A DNA stretch of 64,000 bases, from positions 73,656,001-73,720,000 of the forward strand of contig NC_043004.1 of assembly GCF_006345805.1 (NCBI RefSeq). The letters are read 5' to 3'. Source of the DNA: Octopus sinensis (Eukaryota). Positions within the stretch are counted from its first letter, which is position 1, and each line of letters starts with the position of its first letter. Positions 13,560 to 27,052 of this stretch are shown here, one piece after another. The notes below the pieces were generated by a model. It saw only the letters and a program-made list of their open reading frames with translations. It did no database searches and had not been told where the DNA came from. The position numbers and the translations under genes are program-made.

Positions 13560-14160
13560 TCCAGGTCTATCGAAAAACGTGAACAAGAGACCGTTCCAAG
13601 GGGCGTTTTTACAGGATAACAGAATTACGTGAAGACATAGTGAAACATTGTAAGACTAAGGTTGACGAGAAGTCACAAGGTGCGAACATTGATTGGCTTG
13701 ACTGGTTTTAGTTCATAGCTTTCAAATTCAGAAAAGAAAACGTTACGAGATTTGATGGATGTTACACAAAATGCATTGGTAATCCATTGATAGTAACATG
13801 GCTGTGAGCCGAATATTTTTCAATCAGTCAAATAGGTTTTAGATGAAAATTCAGTCATGACGGAACCGTCCTATTCAAATCGCTCATTACCGATCATGGG
13901 ATTCGAAACCATCTAAATCTCTGCAAAAATTCCAACTCTGTATCGAACCACACGGTCGTCTAAAGATCACATTGCAACTATGTACCTCAGTTGCCATTTT
14001 GTACAATAGAGTACCGAAAAGCAAGTTTTTATACATTAGAGTACCAAAAAGCAATCTATATACTATGAACAAGACGATTTTACAATATAGTAAATGAAAT
14101 AATTTCCAAAAAATTATGAAATTATTTCATTTCACCAATGGCATTAATTCCTTAAGAAGT
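13560..14160 (-). mobile_element. Highly decayed mariner-like remnant
   Basis: Minus-strand FAPCDF-like motif near 13670-13685; little else is recognisable. Confidence 0.3.
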
Positions 14161-15156
14161 GCATAAAGATCTCAGCTCTTCATTTTTCTTTATTTGAATC
14201 TTTGATGCTGTTATTGTTTAACCCTAGGCTAGCTACAGTAGACCTATGATCAAAGGTATTCCAGTCATGATCATCTTGTCTTTTCTGTACTATAGTGGCA
14301 CACTAAGATGCGATTTGAGGTTGGTTTGGTTGCTATTTCTACCAAGTCGAAGGATCAAAACAGCGACAACAATTCACAAAACTACTTCATGTAGGTATCG
14401 TTGTTTATTCATTATTTGCCAAAAGTGGTAAACTGGTAGAATTGTAAGTAGATAAGGGAAAAAATGACGAAGACGAATTCCTTCGTCTTCTTCCGGCGCT
14501 TTACATTCTGAGTTCGTATAGCACTAAGCTGACTTGACCTTCAGTCTTTTCGGAGTCCATAAAATAATACTAGCTGAACACGGATTAAGATTATCGACTA
14601 CCCTCCACATCTCCTCTAGATTGCTGGCTTTGTGCCAAAATTGGAAATAATTATTGAATAATATAAATGCTTGAGAGGACGTACATCCAATGCGTGAGAT
14701 GCTCACGATCACCTTCAGTGCATCTGCTGCACAAATCGCAACCAGATAATTGAAAGAGAGACGAGTGAGTAATAATATACCTCCCGACAACAAACTTGGG
14801 CTTTCAAGAGTTTCGTAATTAAAGCTTCTTTGCTATTCTAGAGCGACTGCTTCTTTTTTCATGCACCAGCTTTGCCCATAAAAATATATGCTCTCCGGCA
14901 CGACTCAGCAATGAAAAATTCGTCAGTTAACGGATTTTGTCTACCGTTTAGAGCCGTGTCTGCCAAACATTTTGCCTTACGACGCACTGGACGAGCAGAA
15001 TTCATTTGCGGCACACCAAATAAAAAGCCCAACAAAATTGAAGATACTTTATTAGTATGAATAAAATTAACAAATTCATGTTATACTAACAATATAATAA
15101 CCTTGTTTCATGAACATATAATATATATATATATGTGAACACACACACATATATAT

Positions 15157-15560
15157 AGGCGTAGGAGGGGCTGTGTGGTAAGTAGCTTGCTTATCACCAT
15201 ATGGTTCTGGGTTCAGTCCCTTGGGCAAGTGTCTTCTACTATAGCCTCGGGTCGACTAAAGCTTTGTGAGTGGATTTGGTACACGGAAACTGAAGAAAGC
15301 TTGTAGTATATATGTATATAAATATATGTATATATGTGTCTGTGAATGTGTGTTTATGTGTTTGCGTGTCTGTGTTTGTCCCCCCCAACATCGCTTTACA
15401 ACCGATACTTGTTGTTTACGTCCCCGTAACTTAACGGTTCGGCAAAAGAGACCGATAGAATAAGTACTACGCTTACAAAGAATAAGTCCTGGGTCGATTT
15501 GCTCGACTAAAAGGTGGTGCTCCAGCATGGCCACAGTCAAATGACTGAACTAGTAAAAGA
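15157..15560 (+). mobile_element. tRNA-derived SINE family A (octopus OK-like)
   Basis: A/B-box head (GGCTGTGTGGTAAG..GGGTTCAGTCCC), internal TA/TG microsatellite, tail CCAGCATGGCCACAGTCAAATGACTGAA. Confidence 0.85.
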
Positions 15561-15633
15561 GATACATACATACATACATACATATATATATTACATATAT
15601 ATATATATGTGTGTGTGTATGTGTGTGTGTGTG

Positions 15634-15674
<41 letters not shown>

Positions 15675-15677
15675 CTA

Positions 15678-15841
15678 TAGGCGCAGGAGTGGCTGTGTGG
15701 TAAGTAGCTTGTTTACCAACCACATGGTTCCGGGTTCAGTCCCACTGCGTGGCCCTTGGGCAAGTGTCTTCTACTATAGCCTCGGGCTGACCAAAGCCTT
15801 GTGAGTGGATTTGGTAGACGGAAAACTGAAAGAAGCCCGTC

Positions 15842-15899
<58 letters not shown>

Positions 15900-16109
15900 G
15901 TGTGTGTATTTGTGTGTCTGTGTTTGTCCCCTAGCATTGCTTGACAATCGATGCTGTGTGTGTTTATGTCCCCGTTACTTAGCGGTTCGGCAAAAGAACC
16001 GATAGAATAAGTACTAGGTTTACAAAAGAATAAGTCGAGTTGCTCGATTAAAGGCGGTGCTCCAGCATGGCCGCAGTCAAATGCCTGAAACAAGTAAAAG
16101 AGTAAAAGA

Positions 16110-16110
<1 letters not shown>
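15678..16110 (+). mobile_element. SINE family A, full length
   Basis: Same head, body and tail, ending GTAAAAGAGTAAAAGAG. Confidence 0.88.
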
Positions 16111-16143
<33 letters not shown>

Positions 16144-17984
16144 GGTAATATATACAATAATAATGTTTTGTGAGAAGGGTGTATTGATTTTGAGTGAGAA
16201 TTTTTTCAAAACGCGGCTCTAACATAGGCGGACAAATACGGCCCCCCTCATCTTCCATGAGTAATCGTTACCGTTTATTATTATTATTATTTTTTTTTTT
16301 ACTTCATTTACATAGCAGAGAGATACCTAATTCGTAAAAATACGATGATCCAAAGAACAACAAGATTTAACGGCTTTAGTAGCTAATCGAGGATATGGAT
16401 CCAAAGCGAGATCCAAAATTCTACCAATTCTTGCTCTGAAAATGTGTTTTGTGCACAGGATCATTTTTCTAGACTATTAAATGTCTTCTGTTAATGACTA
16501 GTGTGTACTGTCGTATCTTGCGAAAAGTTAATCAAGTGATGGAAAATACTTAGAAAATCATACAGCGAGGTTTTCTACTGTCTTCTACACTTCTGACAAA
16601 ATTTTTAATTTGTTTCGAAAAGCTTCTACGGCTAGGAAGTATTCAAGCTGCCAATTTTAACTTTCCTTATCCACAGTTCTAACTTGTCGGTGAAAGACTT
16701 TAATTTACTTGTAATTGTAATATTTTCATTCGTTCCTAGCAGACTCAAATTTAAAACGTTCTACTTCTCAAAAAAACGTCGAGAAATGCTACTTCCAGCC
16801 ACCAATTATCATCGTTAAGAAATTGAAATCCAGAATCCATAGTTTCATATAGGGATGCAAAACGTCTACACCGCAGGGAATGCGATTTTATGTAATTCAC
16901 CACTTTAACAACGTTGTCCATCGTCTTCAGGAGACCATCGGGTAGAGATTTTGACACCAAACTTTCGCGGTGAATCATGCAAAATACAATTTCAACTTGT
17001 GAATTTTTTGTAACAGATGAGCCACAAAGCATTTTTTCGACCTGCATGGATGGAGCACATTAGTGCAGACTATAATACAGGTTTGCCACTGCTTCCCTCT
17101 CAGTGCGACATTTTGGTTTATCAGATTAAAGACAACTTCTGTCGTTCTTTCCTTCAATTCACAACAAAAGAAAAGCTGACTTATGACTTTACCGCTCTGA
17201 CGATTCGCAGAAATGAAATTATTTGAGCTTTGTTGCCGATGTCAGTTCTTTCATCGATTTGTAAGGCCCAGAAGATTTCGAGTTCATTTTTGGCTTCAGT
17301 GAAATGTTCGCGGAGCTGATCATCAATGTCTCGCGAAATGTCTTGAATTTTACGAGAAATCGTGTGGGCAGACAAAGGAGTGGTCTTCATTTGTTTGACG
17401 GCTTCATCACTAATCATTGTGTCAACGGTGATCTCCCAAGGCTAATAAAATAACGTTTTCGGCATCAGAATGTGGATTTTTCTACTTTGCCAAAAGCTGG
17501 ACAATCTTGTAACCAGCGATTTCAGCTTTCTCAGGAACTGAGTGAAATTTCTACAGCCTTTTTGATTGAATTTTTAAATTATTTTTTTTTAGCATCTCAA
17601 AGTATTCTTTTGGTTTGTCCTTCTGTTGTGGATGATTTGTTATTAAATGACATTGAAGTTGACTGAGAACCATCGCTTCATTCGAGAGTGTTGTTAAACA
17701 AATTATGCAAAAAAGGAATCGAGTTCTGTTTCCAATAATATAAAACCATTTTGGATGTAATTTTCATTATATTTTCGTTTTGATGAGGTGGACTTTTTAT
17801 TCTGGTATTCGTCTTGCTTGGTATGACTCTCTTTCTCATTTTTTTTGAGGTCCAATAAAAATTTGTCCTTGTTTAAATCTAAAACTAAAAACCCGATTAA
17901 AATAATTTACGTAAATTATAAATAAATCAAAATAAAAACTACTCAACTTACAGACAATTCCGGTTTAAATACAGAAATATAATA

Positions 17985-18200
17985 TATTCTTTTCTACTCT
18001 AGGCACCAGGCCCGAAATTTGGGGGGTGGGGCCAGTCGATTAGATTGACCCAGTACGCAACTGGTATTTAATTTATCGACCCCGAAAGAATGAAAGGCAA
18101 AGTAAACCTCGGCGGAATTTGAACTCAGAACGTAAAGACAGATGAAATATCGCTAAGCATTTCGCCCGGCGTGCTAACCACTCTGCCAGCTCCCCACCGC
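17985..18200 (-). mobile_element. tRNA-derived SINE family B (octopus OR-like)
   Basis: Minus strand GAGCTGGCAGA..GTTAGCACGCCGGGCGAAATGCTTAGC..GAGTTCAAATTCCGCCGAGG; many copies in this window. Confidence 0.85.
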
Positions 18201-18544
18201 CACAAAACTGCTGTTCGTCGTGAAAACGTAATTAATTTATATTTACCGCATTTTACGATTTATATAATTGATTTATATTTACGCTCGAAATTTGAGAATG
18301 TTCTTGGATCGCTGTTACCCGAAAATCTCGAAAATATTTTTCGCGGCACTCCAGGAAACTCTCGGGGGCACCACTGTGCCGCGGCACACACATTTTGGCA
18401 GACACTGGTTTAGAGCAATAAGCCACTCCAATAGTCAATGAGGGAGCCTCTGCGCAGTCATTCGACATGCAAGAAATAGTAGTAAAGTCTCTCTTGAATC
18501 ATACCCTCACATCTTTGAAAAAGAATTGTAGTACAGAAACACGA

Positions 18545-18850
18545 GCACGGCCGTGGAGTTAAGGAACTCCCTTTACAGCTATATGGTTCCGTGGTCAGTC
18601 CCACTGCACGGCACTTTGGGTAAGTGTCTTCTACTATAGCTCTGGACTGAGCAATGCTTTGTGAGTGAATTTGGTAAACAGAAACTGTGTGGAAACCTGT
18701 CGTATATATGTGTTACTTTGTGTGTGTGTGTCCTTGTGTTTGTGTTTGATCGTGTCCACCGCTTGACAGCAGGTGCTGGTTTGTTTTCCTTTCAAGGCGG
18801 TTCCCCGACATGGCTGCAGTCCAGTGACTAAAAGAAGCAAAGGATAAAAG
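18545..18850 (+). mobile_element. SINE family A, diverged
   Basis: Recognisable head, body and CATGGCTGCAGTCCAGTGACT tail. Confidence 0.7.
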
Positions 18851-19497
18851 ATACACTTAAGATAATGTCGTCATTGGAACACCCATCTAAAAGTAAAAGA
18901 CGATATAGTCAAGGAGGAAGCATTTGATCATAGGCCCGCTGGATCACTGATGACCCTGGGCTAAACAGCATTAACCACGACTCCCTACATGGTACATATA
19001 CCAGATCGAGAGAAAGGTCACTGCTGCTAAAGATTTGATCGTTTTACTGCTATTTCTGGTAACACCCAACACTCCGAGATAACGGAAACAATTAATAGGA
19101 AGGATAATAAAGCTGCTGTTACTGTTGGCATTTTTCTTTTTTGTCGTTGCTGTGGATAAGCAACAGGTCAGACAAGACCGAGCCGAGCAGATATAGATCA
19201 AAGGCGTTCCTACCATGACCACCCCACACCCTCAGACTGTACGTATAGAACTATGTCTGCTGGTGTACACTACATTTAAGTTAGTAGAATGCGATTCGGA
19301 GAAAGTTTGGCGGTTGTTGTTCTTGTTGTGGATGAACACCAGGCCAGTCAAACCGCGTTGACATGTGGTCAAAGGTATTCCTGCCGTGACCATCCCATTT
19401 GTTTTAGACGCTGTACTTCTAAGACTACGTCCTCTGCTCGCAGGATGGATTTGCAGTTTTGGCGGTTATTTCTTGTAAGTTGTGTGAGTGTGCGCAG

Positions 19498-20230
19498 AGG
19501 AAGAAGTGGGGGAGAAGAGGAGGAGAAGAGGAGGAGGAAGAAGAGGAGAAGAGGTGGAGGAAGAAGGAGGTGAGGAGGGGGAAGGAATAGGAAGGAGAGA
19601 AATAGAGGAGGAGAAGAGGTGAGAAAGAAGAGGAGAGGAGGAGGAGAGGAGGAGAAGAGGTGGGAAAAGAAGAGGAGGAGAGGAAGTGGAGGAAGAAGAG
19701 GAGTGGAGGAGAAGAGGTGGGGAAGAAGAGGAGGAGAGGAAGTGGAGGAAGAAGAGGAGGAGAAGAGGTGGAGAAAGAAAAGGAGGAGAGGAGGTGGAGG
19801 AGGAAAAGGAAGGATAGAAGGAGAAGAGGTGGAGAAAGAAAAGAGGAAAAGAGGTGGAGGAGAGGAGGTGGAGGAGGAAAAGGAGGAGAGGATGTGGAGG
19901 AGGAAAAGGAAGGATAGAAGGAGAGGGTGGAGAAAGAAAAGGAGGAAAGGAGGTGGAGGAGGAAAGGAGGTGGAGGAGGAAAAGGAAGGATGAAGGAGAA
20001 GAGTGGAGAAAGGAAAGGAGGAAAGGAGGTGGAGGAGGAAAGGGAGGAGAGGAGGTGGAGGAGGAAAAGGAGGATAGAAGGAGAGGAGTAGAAGAGATGG
20101 AAAAAGAAGAGGAGGAGAAGAGGTGGAGAACGAGGGAGAGGAAGAAGAGGAGGTGGAGGTGGTGGAGGAAAAGGAGTAGAGAATATTAAAGGAAGAAGGA
20201 GAAGGGTAGAGGAGGTTGGAGGAGGAGGAG
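19498..20230. repeat. Purine-rich (GGA/GAA) minisatellite-like tract
   Basis: About 730 bp that is nearly all G and A, with recurring AGAGGTGGAGGAGGAAAAGG units. Confidence 0.9.
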
Positions 20231-20789
20231 CTTGAAATATTTCTATGAAATACCATTTTTGTGTTCCTCATACTCGGAGCATTCCTTTCGAACCTCCTGC
20301 TTCAATAATTACTCATAGTTTACAGCATGGTAGCAGACAATCGCCATTTTACTTCATGTAAATTGGCGATTCGCTGATATCGCGCTCTAAACTATGTGAA
20401 TATTGTTTGTAATTTTTTTCACTAAATTTAGATTTTTGACTCATAACTACTCACTCACAAACATACACTCAAAGTATGCGTGGGCGTGCTTGTATTTTTG
20501 CGTGCGTGTGTGTGTGTTGAGCATGTATGTATGTATGTATGTAGTATGTATGTATGTATGTAGGTATGTATGTATGTATGTGTGTATGTGAAAAATGGAA
20601 ACAGCCATTTTTCAAACATGTTATATTAAAGACATATCTATATTCGAGTTTGATTTCTTTTACAGTCTTTCTTTTCCATATTTTTTTAATTTAAAACACT
20701 ACCCCCATTATCCTTTTCGTCGTATCGCAAATAGAACAAACCACTAGAATCATCATTTTATTGATGAGACAGAGAAGGGCTTTTAAATA

Positions 20790-20990
20790 TTCCTTTCTAC
20801 CTAGGCACAATTTTTGCGGGAGGGGACAAGTCGATTACCATAGTGTTTCACTGGTACTTAATTTATCGACCCCGAAAGAATTAAAGGCAAAGTCGACCTC
20901 GGCGGAATTAGAAGTCAGAACGTAAAGACAGACGAATGCCGCTAAGCATTTGCCTGGTACGTTAACGATTCTGCCAGCCTCGCCGCCTTA
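20790..20990 (-). mobile_element. SINE family B
   Basis: Matches the 17985-18200 copy. Confidence 0.8.
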
Positions 20991-21139
20991 AAAGCTTGTA
21001 AATATAATAGACAAAAGGTTTAAAAAGACTAGTGTTCCGAACTAACTACGCTAAGAAATATGTAAATCCTGAAATAGATCAAACTCGAACACAACTGTGT
21101 TTTTAACATACATGTACTACAAAGATAGATAGATTAGAT

Positions 21140-21209
<70 letters not shown>

Positions 21210-21210
<1 letters not shown>

Positions 21211-21412
21211 TGTTTCTTTATAAGCCACACAGGGCTGAACACAGGGGGACAAATTACAAAGTAGAGCTTTTCTTTTGGGGGAGAAAAAAAGAACAGAAAG
21301 GAAAAAAGGGGGTAGGTTTTCGATCAATAGGGATCGTGTATCACAGAAATGTCATGATGTAAAGTGTAAAGGGGGAAACAGATAAAGTTTATCCATGGAA
21401 AGAAAAGCCACG
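21210..21412 (-). mobile_element. Tx1/L1-like LINE 3'UTR fragment adjoining (TATC)n
   Basis: Homologous, in inverse orientation, to 44280-44550; ends TATAAAGAAACA followed by (TATC)n. Confidence 0.6.
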
Positions 21413-21937
21413 TTTATAGCTTGTTTTTTAATACAAAGCATGACATAACAAAATAGGTGACGTAACATATCTTACGGCCGTTTCTGATCGGTTACTAAAA
21501 TGCTGCCTTAAATAAATGCAAGAATAAAGTTCTTCATCCTCAGAGGGCATTCGAATTCAGGCAACGGAGTTTCATCAGAGTACAAAAACAAGCGCATACA
21601 ATATAAACAAGGGAAGAGGAAAAGCAACGACAAATAGACTGGAAGCCCAATATGTTAAGCGCATATAATTTACCAAGAAGGGGCCACAGGGTTCGTAGGT
21701 AATGCTTTGTATTTAAAAATAAGCTATAAATAGGCCAAATCGATGTGTTTGTTAATCTGTGGTTTTCTCCATTTTCTAATTGCTTGCATTGGTTCCTGAT
21801 AAACTCTTGTTTATCCTGTTGTTATCTGCACTCTACGTGCACACCAATGCCCGGGGATAATACGAGTAACGGATACCGATAGTATACGGATATTTTATCC
21901 CTTAGTCGGTTATTATGACCACTAGCTCAGTTTACAC
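21413..21937. mobile_element. Short PLE-derived element with 32-bp inverted repeat and degenerate HHR
   Basis: Inverted repeat 21413-21444 / 21699-21730. Minus-strand CTGAGGA-TGA..TCA-GAAAC-GGCC-GTA at 21466-21550. Confidence 0.6.
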
Positions 21938-22065
21938 TATATATAATATATATATACATAGTTAATCCAAAAAGAACGAAAAAAAACACAAGAAAATAAA
22001 AACAACAACGCGAAGACGGGGTACATGCAAAGTATTATCACACGCTCAGGGAAGGAAAGAAAGTA

Positions 22066-22100
22066 GTTTTACGTTTCGAGCAAAGCTCTTCTTCAGAAAC
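22066..22100 (-). ncRNA. Minimal hammerhead ribozyme in a PLE-like terminal fragment (~21960-22160)
   Basis: GTTT-CTGAAGA-A-GAGC-TTT-GCTC-GAAAC-GTA-AAAC; stems I and II are perfect and stem III is the ACGT palindrome. Confidence 0.75.
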
Positions 22101-23622
22101 GGAGACAGAGGAAAGTCCAAGAGAAAAGAAAGGAGGAAAGGAAGGTCACCAACGGAATCTCAGGAACCTCTTGAATTTGATGACCTAAAACATAGATATG
22201 CTCTCATCAGCACGTGTGTGTGGTATGGAGCCTCTCCTCTAACAAATTCACTCAAAAAGCTGGTTAGCCCAGAACTATAGTAGAAGGCACTTGCCCAAAG
22301 TACTGCGAGATTAGGCGGGGGGGGGGCTGAACCTGAAACCATGAGGTTGCAAAGCAAGCCTTTAACCACGCAGCCATGTTTGTGCTTAGATTTTTGTCTT
22401 TCTCCAATGATTTTTGCTTTTCTGCGGCTAACAGTAAAATTTCAATTAATTAAGGATTTTCGGACGAGCGATATACAGTCAATCGCAGATAGTTATCTTT
22501 TTATATGGTCTCGAAGTTGATGAGTGTCAATAAGAAGATATATAGAGATGTTATTGATAAACTGGGATTGTGCTATTTGAGATTATGTCAAGTGTATATC
22601 TGATAACCAGCACGTACTCATTGTGGATTCATGCAAGGTATCACGCATATATGTCGATGGTACTTACGAGAACATAAAGCAATCATATAGACACACATAC
22701 ATGCAAGTATACACAGACAGAAATTGACGCTTAGTATACACACTCCCTCTCACACAAACACACACGCACACATAAACATACACATACATAAACACACACA
22801 CATATCTATATCTGCGCGTGTATGTGCATGAATATACATACATATGTATACGTCAAGTCTAATTTTCTGGAGCACACGTGAAAAAAAAAACAAGATTGCG
22901 GTTAATAGACAGCTAAGGGAGATAAATATGATAATTATGTCAAAGTAATTTTCTTACAACGGGTGGAAAGGCCTTGTGCCTACCTCAAATAATTACTATT
23001 TTCAATGAAGGAAGGGCAATTTTAATACAGATTTTTGTCAATGGCAATTACATTGAGGTTAAAAATGATCTTATTTAAGACATTTCTGTAACAGCGAGCG
23101 AAACGGAAACAGCTGAATGAACGCTGGACTAAATGCTTAACAGCATCCATCTCTGTCTCCTCACCATCTGAGTTCGACTTCGATTTTTTGTCTGTTGGGG
23201 GTCGATAAAATGAGAATCAGGCATGTTCTTGAGGATTGATTAAATATTAAATGAATTATAAGTCTTAATATGTATGCGTAAAAAGTCTTTTAATGTAATT
23301 TTTTTTTCAGAGCAAGTGTCTTCTACAATAGTCACGGTTGACCAATGCCTTGTAAGAGAGAATTTGGTTGACGGAAACTGTATGAAAGTCTTTCGTATAC
23401 ACACACACACAACACACACACACACACACACACACCACACACACATACACACACATACACACACATGCATATGTGTGTGTTTGTTGTGTTATGTTTATTC
23501 ACCCCGGAACAAGAATTGACTCCAATTTGTTCGATGAAACCCTTCAAGGTGGTGCTTCAGCTGGCTGCAGTCCAGTGACTGAAACAAGTAAAAGAAGGTA
23601 GATGAAGATCCGGTTTCATTTC

Positions 23623-23997
23623 TTACCTCCGCCTTCGCTAGAGCGCAGGTATTGTTTTCAGTTGTGTTTGTTTGTTTGTTTGTTTTTTGTCTGTGGACAA
23701 GGTATCTCAAGAACCGCTGGATGGATTCGGAAGAAACTTTCAGGGATGTTTGGTCTCGTAACAGGTACGAACTGATTGATTTTGGGATCGATCCAGTACC
23801 GGACAAGGATTCTGGATTATTTTTCCTGTTTTTTATTTTATTTTGAGAGCAGTCAGGTTCATTTTTAGTATTCTCCTTTGTGAGAGCAGTCGATTTTATT
23901 TCAGATATTCTCATTTTAAAAATCATCTCTGGCTAATCGCTGAGAAGACGCTGGTGTTGCTTTGGCGGAAGTTTGCGCTCTCTGAGTGCTCTTGTTT
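23623..23997 (+). mobile_element. Non-autonomous Helentron/HINE (DINE-1-like) element
   Basis: Subterminal inverted repeats ACCTCCGCC / GGCGGAAGT, a (GTTT)n microsatellite, a 3' hairpin GCGCTC-TCT-GAGTGC and T-rich ends. Confidence 0.7.
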
Positions 23998-24224
23998 CAA
24001 TCGTTTTCATTGGCTCCGAAGACCCGTTGTCTGTAAGAAGTAGTAATTTCGACTAGAATTAAACTTTAAGTGCAGGAGAACGGTTATGTTGGCTACAGCG
24101 ACCATCTAAGAAGAGAAAAATACGCTGAAAGTAGAGAGCCGTGGTAATTGTAGGGAGGTGTTATACCAAAGTCAGTGAACAGGAACTGCACTATAAGTTA
24201 CTAATGATAATACCTTTTACAGAG

Positions 24225-24625
24225 GCATAGCTGTAAGAAGCTCGCTCTGCAGCTATGGAGTTTCAAGTTCAGTCCCACTGCACAGCAACTTGGGCATCTA
24301 TCTTCTACTACGGCGCTGGGTCAACCAATGCCATGTGAGTGAATTCGGTTGATGGAAACTATGTGGAAGCCCATAGTATATATGTGTGTGTATGTGTGTG
24401 TGTCTTTGTGTCTGTGTTTGTCCCTCCATCCACACACACACCGCTTGACAGCCGCTTTTAATTTGTTTACGTCCCCGAAACTTAGTAGTTCGGCAAAAGA
24501 GATTGATAGACTAAGTACCAAACTTTAGAAATAAAATAAATACTAGGGACGATTTATTCCACTAAAACCCTACAAGGCAGTGCCTTAGCATGGCCGTAAC
24601 CCAATACCTAAAAAACATAAAGATA
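24225..24625 (+). mobile_element. SINE family A, diverged
   Basis: Similarity across head, body and tail. Confidence 0.75.
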
Positions 24626-25059
24626 GAAATGCCAAATTTTCTAATAACCTTGCTTCTCAGATTCCGGTTCCCGTAGTCTTAAGTCAATAAATGGTTTCGC
24701 GTGGTCAGAAATTGAATTTGGAACTTCAGGCTTGTGGATCTATAAAACAAAAACACTGCACAATTCTTACAGAGTTCACTTGCTTTCCTTGCAGTACTTT
24801 TAGCTAGATGGAATCGGCTTTTTTAAGCTGTCAGAAATTCCATTTACCAATCTTCGACTCGTTAAAAGCTTATAACCAACGGCGCCATAGTTCACTTATT
24901 GTGATATAAAGAAAAATAATAATAAATCGTGGTTTGCAAAGTATCAAAGTCGTATACGGTACCATCGCGAATACCGAACTAAATACTATAATGTATACTA
25001 TAATACTATATTTAATGTATATTATAATACTATTATACTATGTGATAATGTATATAACA

Positions 25060-25260
25060 TTCTACTATACTCTAGGCACAAGGCTCGAAATTTTGGGGGA
25101 GTGAGTCAGTCGATTAAAGCGACCCCAGTACGCAACTGGTATTTAATTTATCGACCCCGAAAGGATGAAAGGCAAAGTCGACCTCGGGGGAATTTGAACG
25201 CAGAACGTAAAGACAGACGAAATACGCTAAGCATTGCGCCCGGTGTGCTAACGTTTCTTA
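25060..25260 (-). mobile_element. SINE family B (5'-truncated last unit of the composite form)
   Basis: Begins with TAAGAAACGTTAGC, the unit junction also seen at about 43070. Confidence 0.75.
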
Positions 25261-26075
25261 ATGACTATGATAATACTATTATACTATGTTATAATGTATA
25301 TTATGTTACTATTATACAATATTATAATGTATTACAATATTGTAGTGTATTATAATACTAAAATGTATTAACCGTAATTATAACCTGTTTTTTTAACGTG
25401 TTCCAGAAAATTGGACTTGACATATACATATAATGTATATTCATGTACATACCTACAGGCATATATAGGTGTTCGTACGTGTTTGTTTGTTTGTTTGTGT
25501 GTGTGCGTGTGTGTGTGTGCGCGCGCGCGTGTGTGTGTTGTCTTTATTGTCATTTCGTTCATCTCCAACTCAGCCATAGCTGGGAAGACTTATGATCAAA
25601 GGTATCGCAGTTATCAACACATCGCCGAGAGTACTTCCAATATTTCGATGTGGTCTTTGAGACGGTAGAGCGTGATTTCAGGGAAATTTAACTGCTATTT
25701 CTAGCAAATCTGGCGACCAAGTAGAGACTGCCTTTGTTATCCCCTCACAACATTGTAACTCAACCAGATCTCTGACTCTCTTTTATATACGTCAGTTCTC
25801 AAGTAAAACGCTGTATCGATAGAACTGCGTTGACAAGGAATTTCGTCTAATAATAGACGCTTTGTGGTTCTTTTATATCTGATAGTCTCAACTAATTAAA
25901 AGCCATTTAGAGATTCCACTTACTTCTGACTAGATCAGAATGTCTGCAATGAACCAACACCTATCTGTGACAAGTATCTAAATTAAAAACTTCCTAATTT
26001 CCTATCTTGCTCTTCGTTGAGAACGAAAGTCAGAAATATACATACGTATGCGGCAATATATACGTGTATGTGTGT

Positions 26076-26144
<69 letters not shown>

Positions 26145-26424
26145 TGCATAGATACAAATCAAAAGCTGTATATAGATATAAATACATGGTTAGCTAACTA
26201 GCTAGATAGATAGATAGATTAGCGTCTAAATGTGTATACATTTATACGAAAATGTCCTAATAGTGAGTTACCGTCTAAACGTTGATATACTGTGAAATGG
26301 TTCCTCATTAATAAAGACGAGCGCTTGATTATACATACATATACATACGCAAAGAAAAAGCGATTTACATATGTTTATGTATGTAGTTGTGGGCACAAAT
26401 GAAAAAGAGGGAGAGAAAGAGAGT

Positions 26425-26462
<38 letters not shown>

Positions 26463-26934
26463 GAGATGGACAGACAGACAGAGAAAGTGATACGCGAGAA
26501 GCATTTCGGAATGATCTGTGACCAGTGAAAGATAAAGTAGTTACACTCGCTCTAAGGTTTTCACTCAAACTTCCATAACGAACACGTCAGCGATAAGAAC
26601 AAACAAAAGAGTAGAGGCCTATCACTTCATCCATCTATTATAGTATATCAGATCTATTATTTTATTATAGTTCTGGTTTTGTTGGCAACTTTAACCTCTC
26701 ATCTAATTGTTTCTGCGAAATGAAAGCACGCTGTTCGCGCCGTAACATCTCTTGTAAAAGGAAGAAAAAAAAAGTGGTTTGTCGACAACTCATACCTTTC
26801 TGGTTGTCGTGATCGTTATTACTTTTGTCGACGTCGTCGACGGTGTTATTATTGCTGTTTAGGCCCCGATCAGCAGTAACTGTGCAAATCTTTACTCAAA
26901 GACATTCTTCCCACGACATTTTCGTGTTTTTACA

Positions 26935-26969
<35 letters not shown>

Positions 26970-27018
26970 ATATATATAATATATATATATATATTATATA
27001 TATATATATATATTATAT

Positions 27019-27052
<34 letters not shown>

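Larger units (their letters stand above)
14954..18407 (-). mobile_element. hAT (Buster/Charlie, ZBED5-like) DNA transposon with both ends and nested SINEs
   Basis: TIRs C(A/C)GTGTCTGCCAAA. Identical 8-bp TSD GTTTAGAG at 14946-14953 and 18408-18415. Transposase fragments PLSAHTISRKIQDIS...ALQIDERTDIG and CMIHRESLVSK...VVKVVNYIK. Confidence 0.92.

Noticed and set aside
19369-20271. 300-aa Pro/Ser/Leu-rich ORF
   Set aside because: It is the translation of the purine-rich repeat tract.
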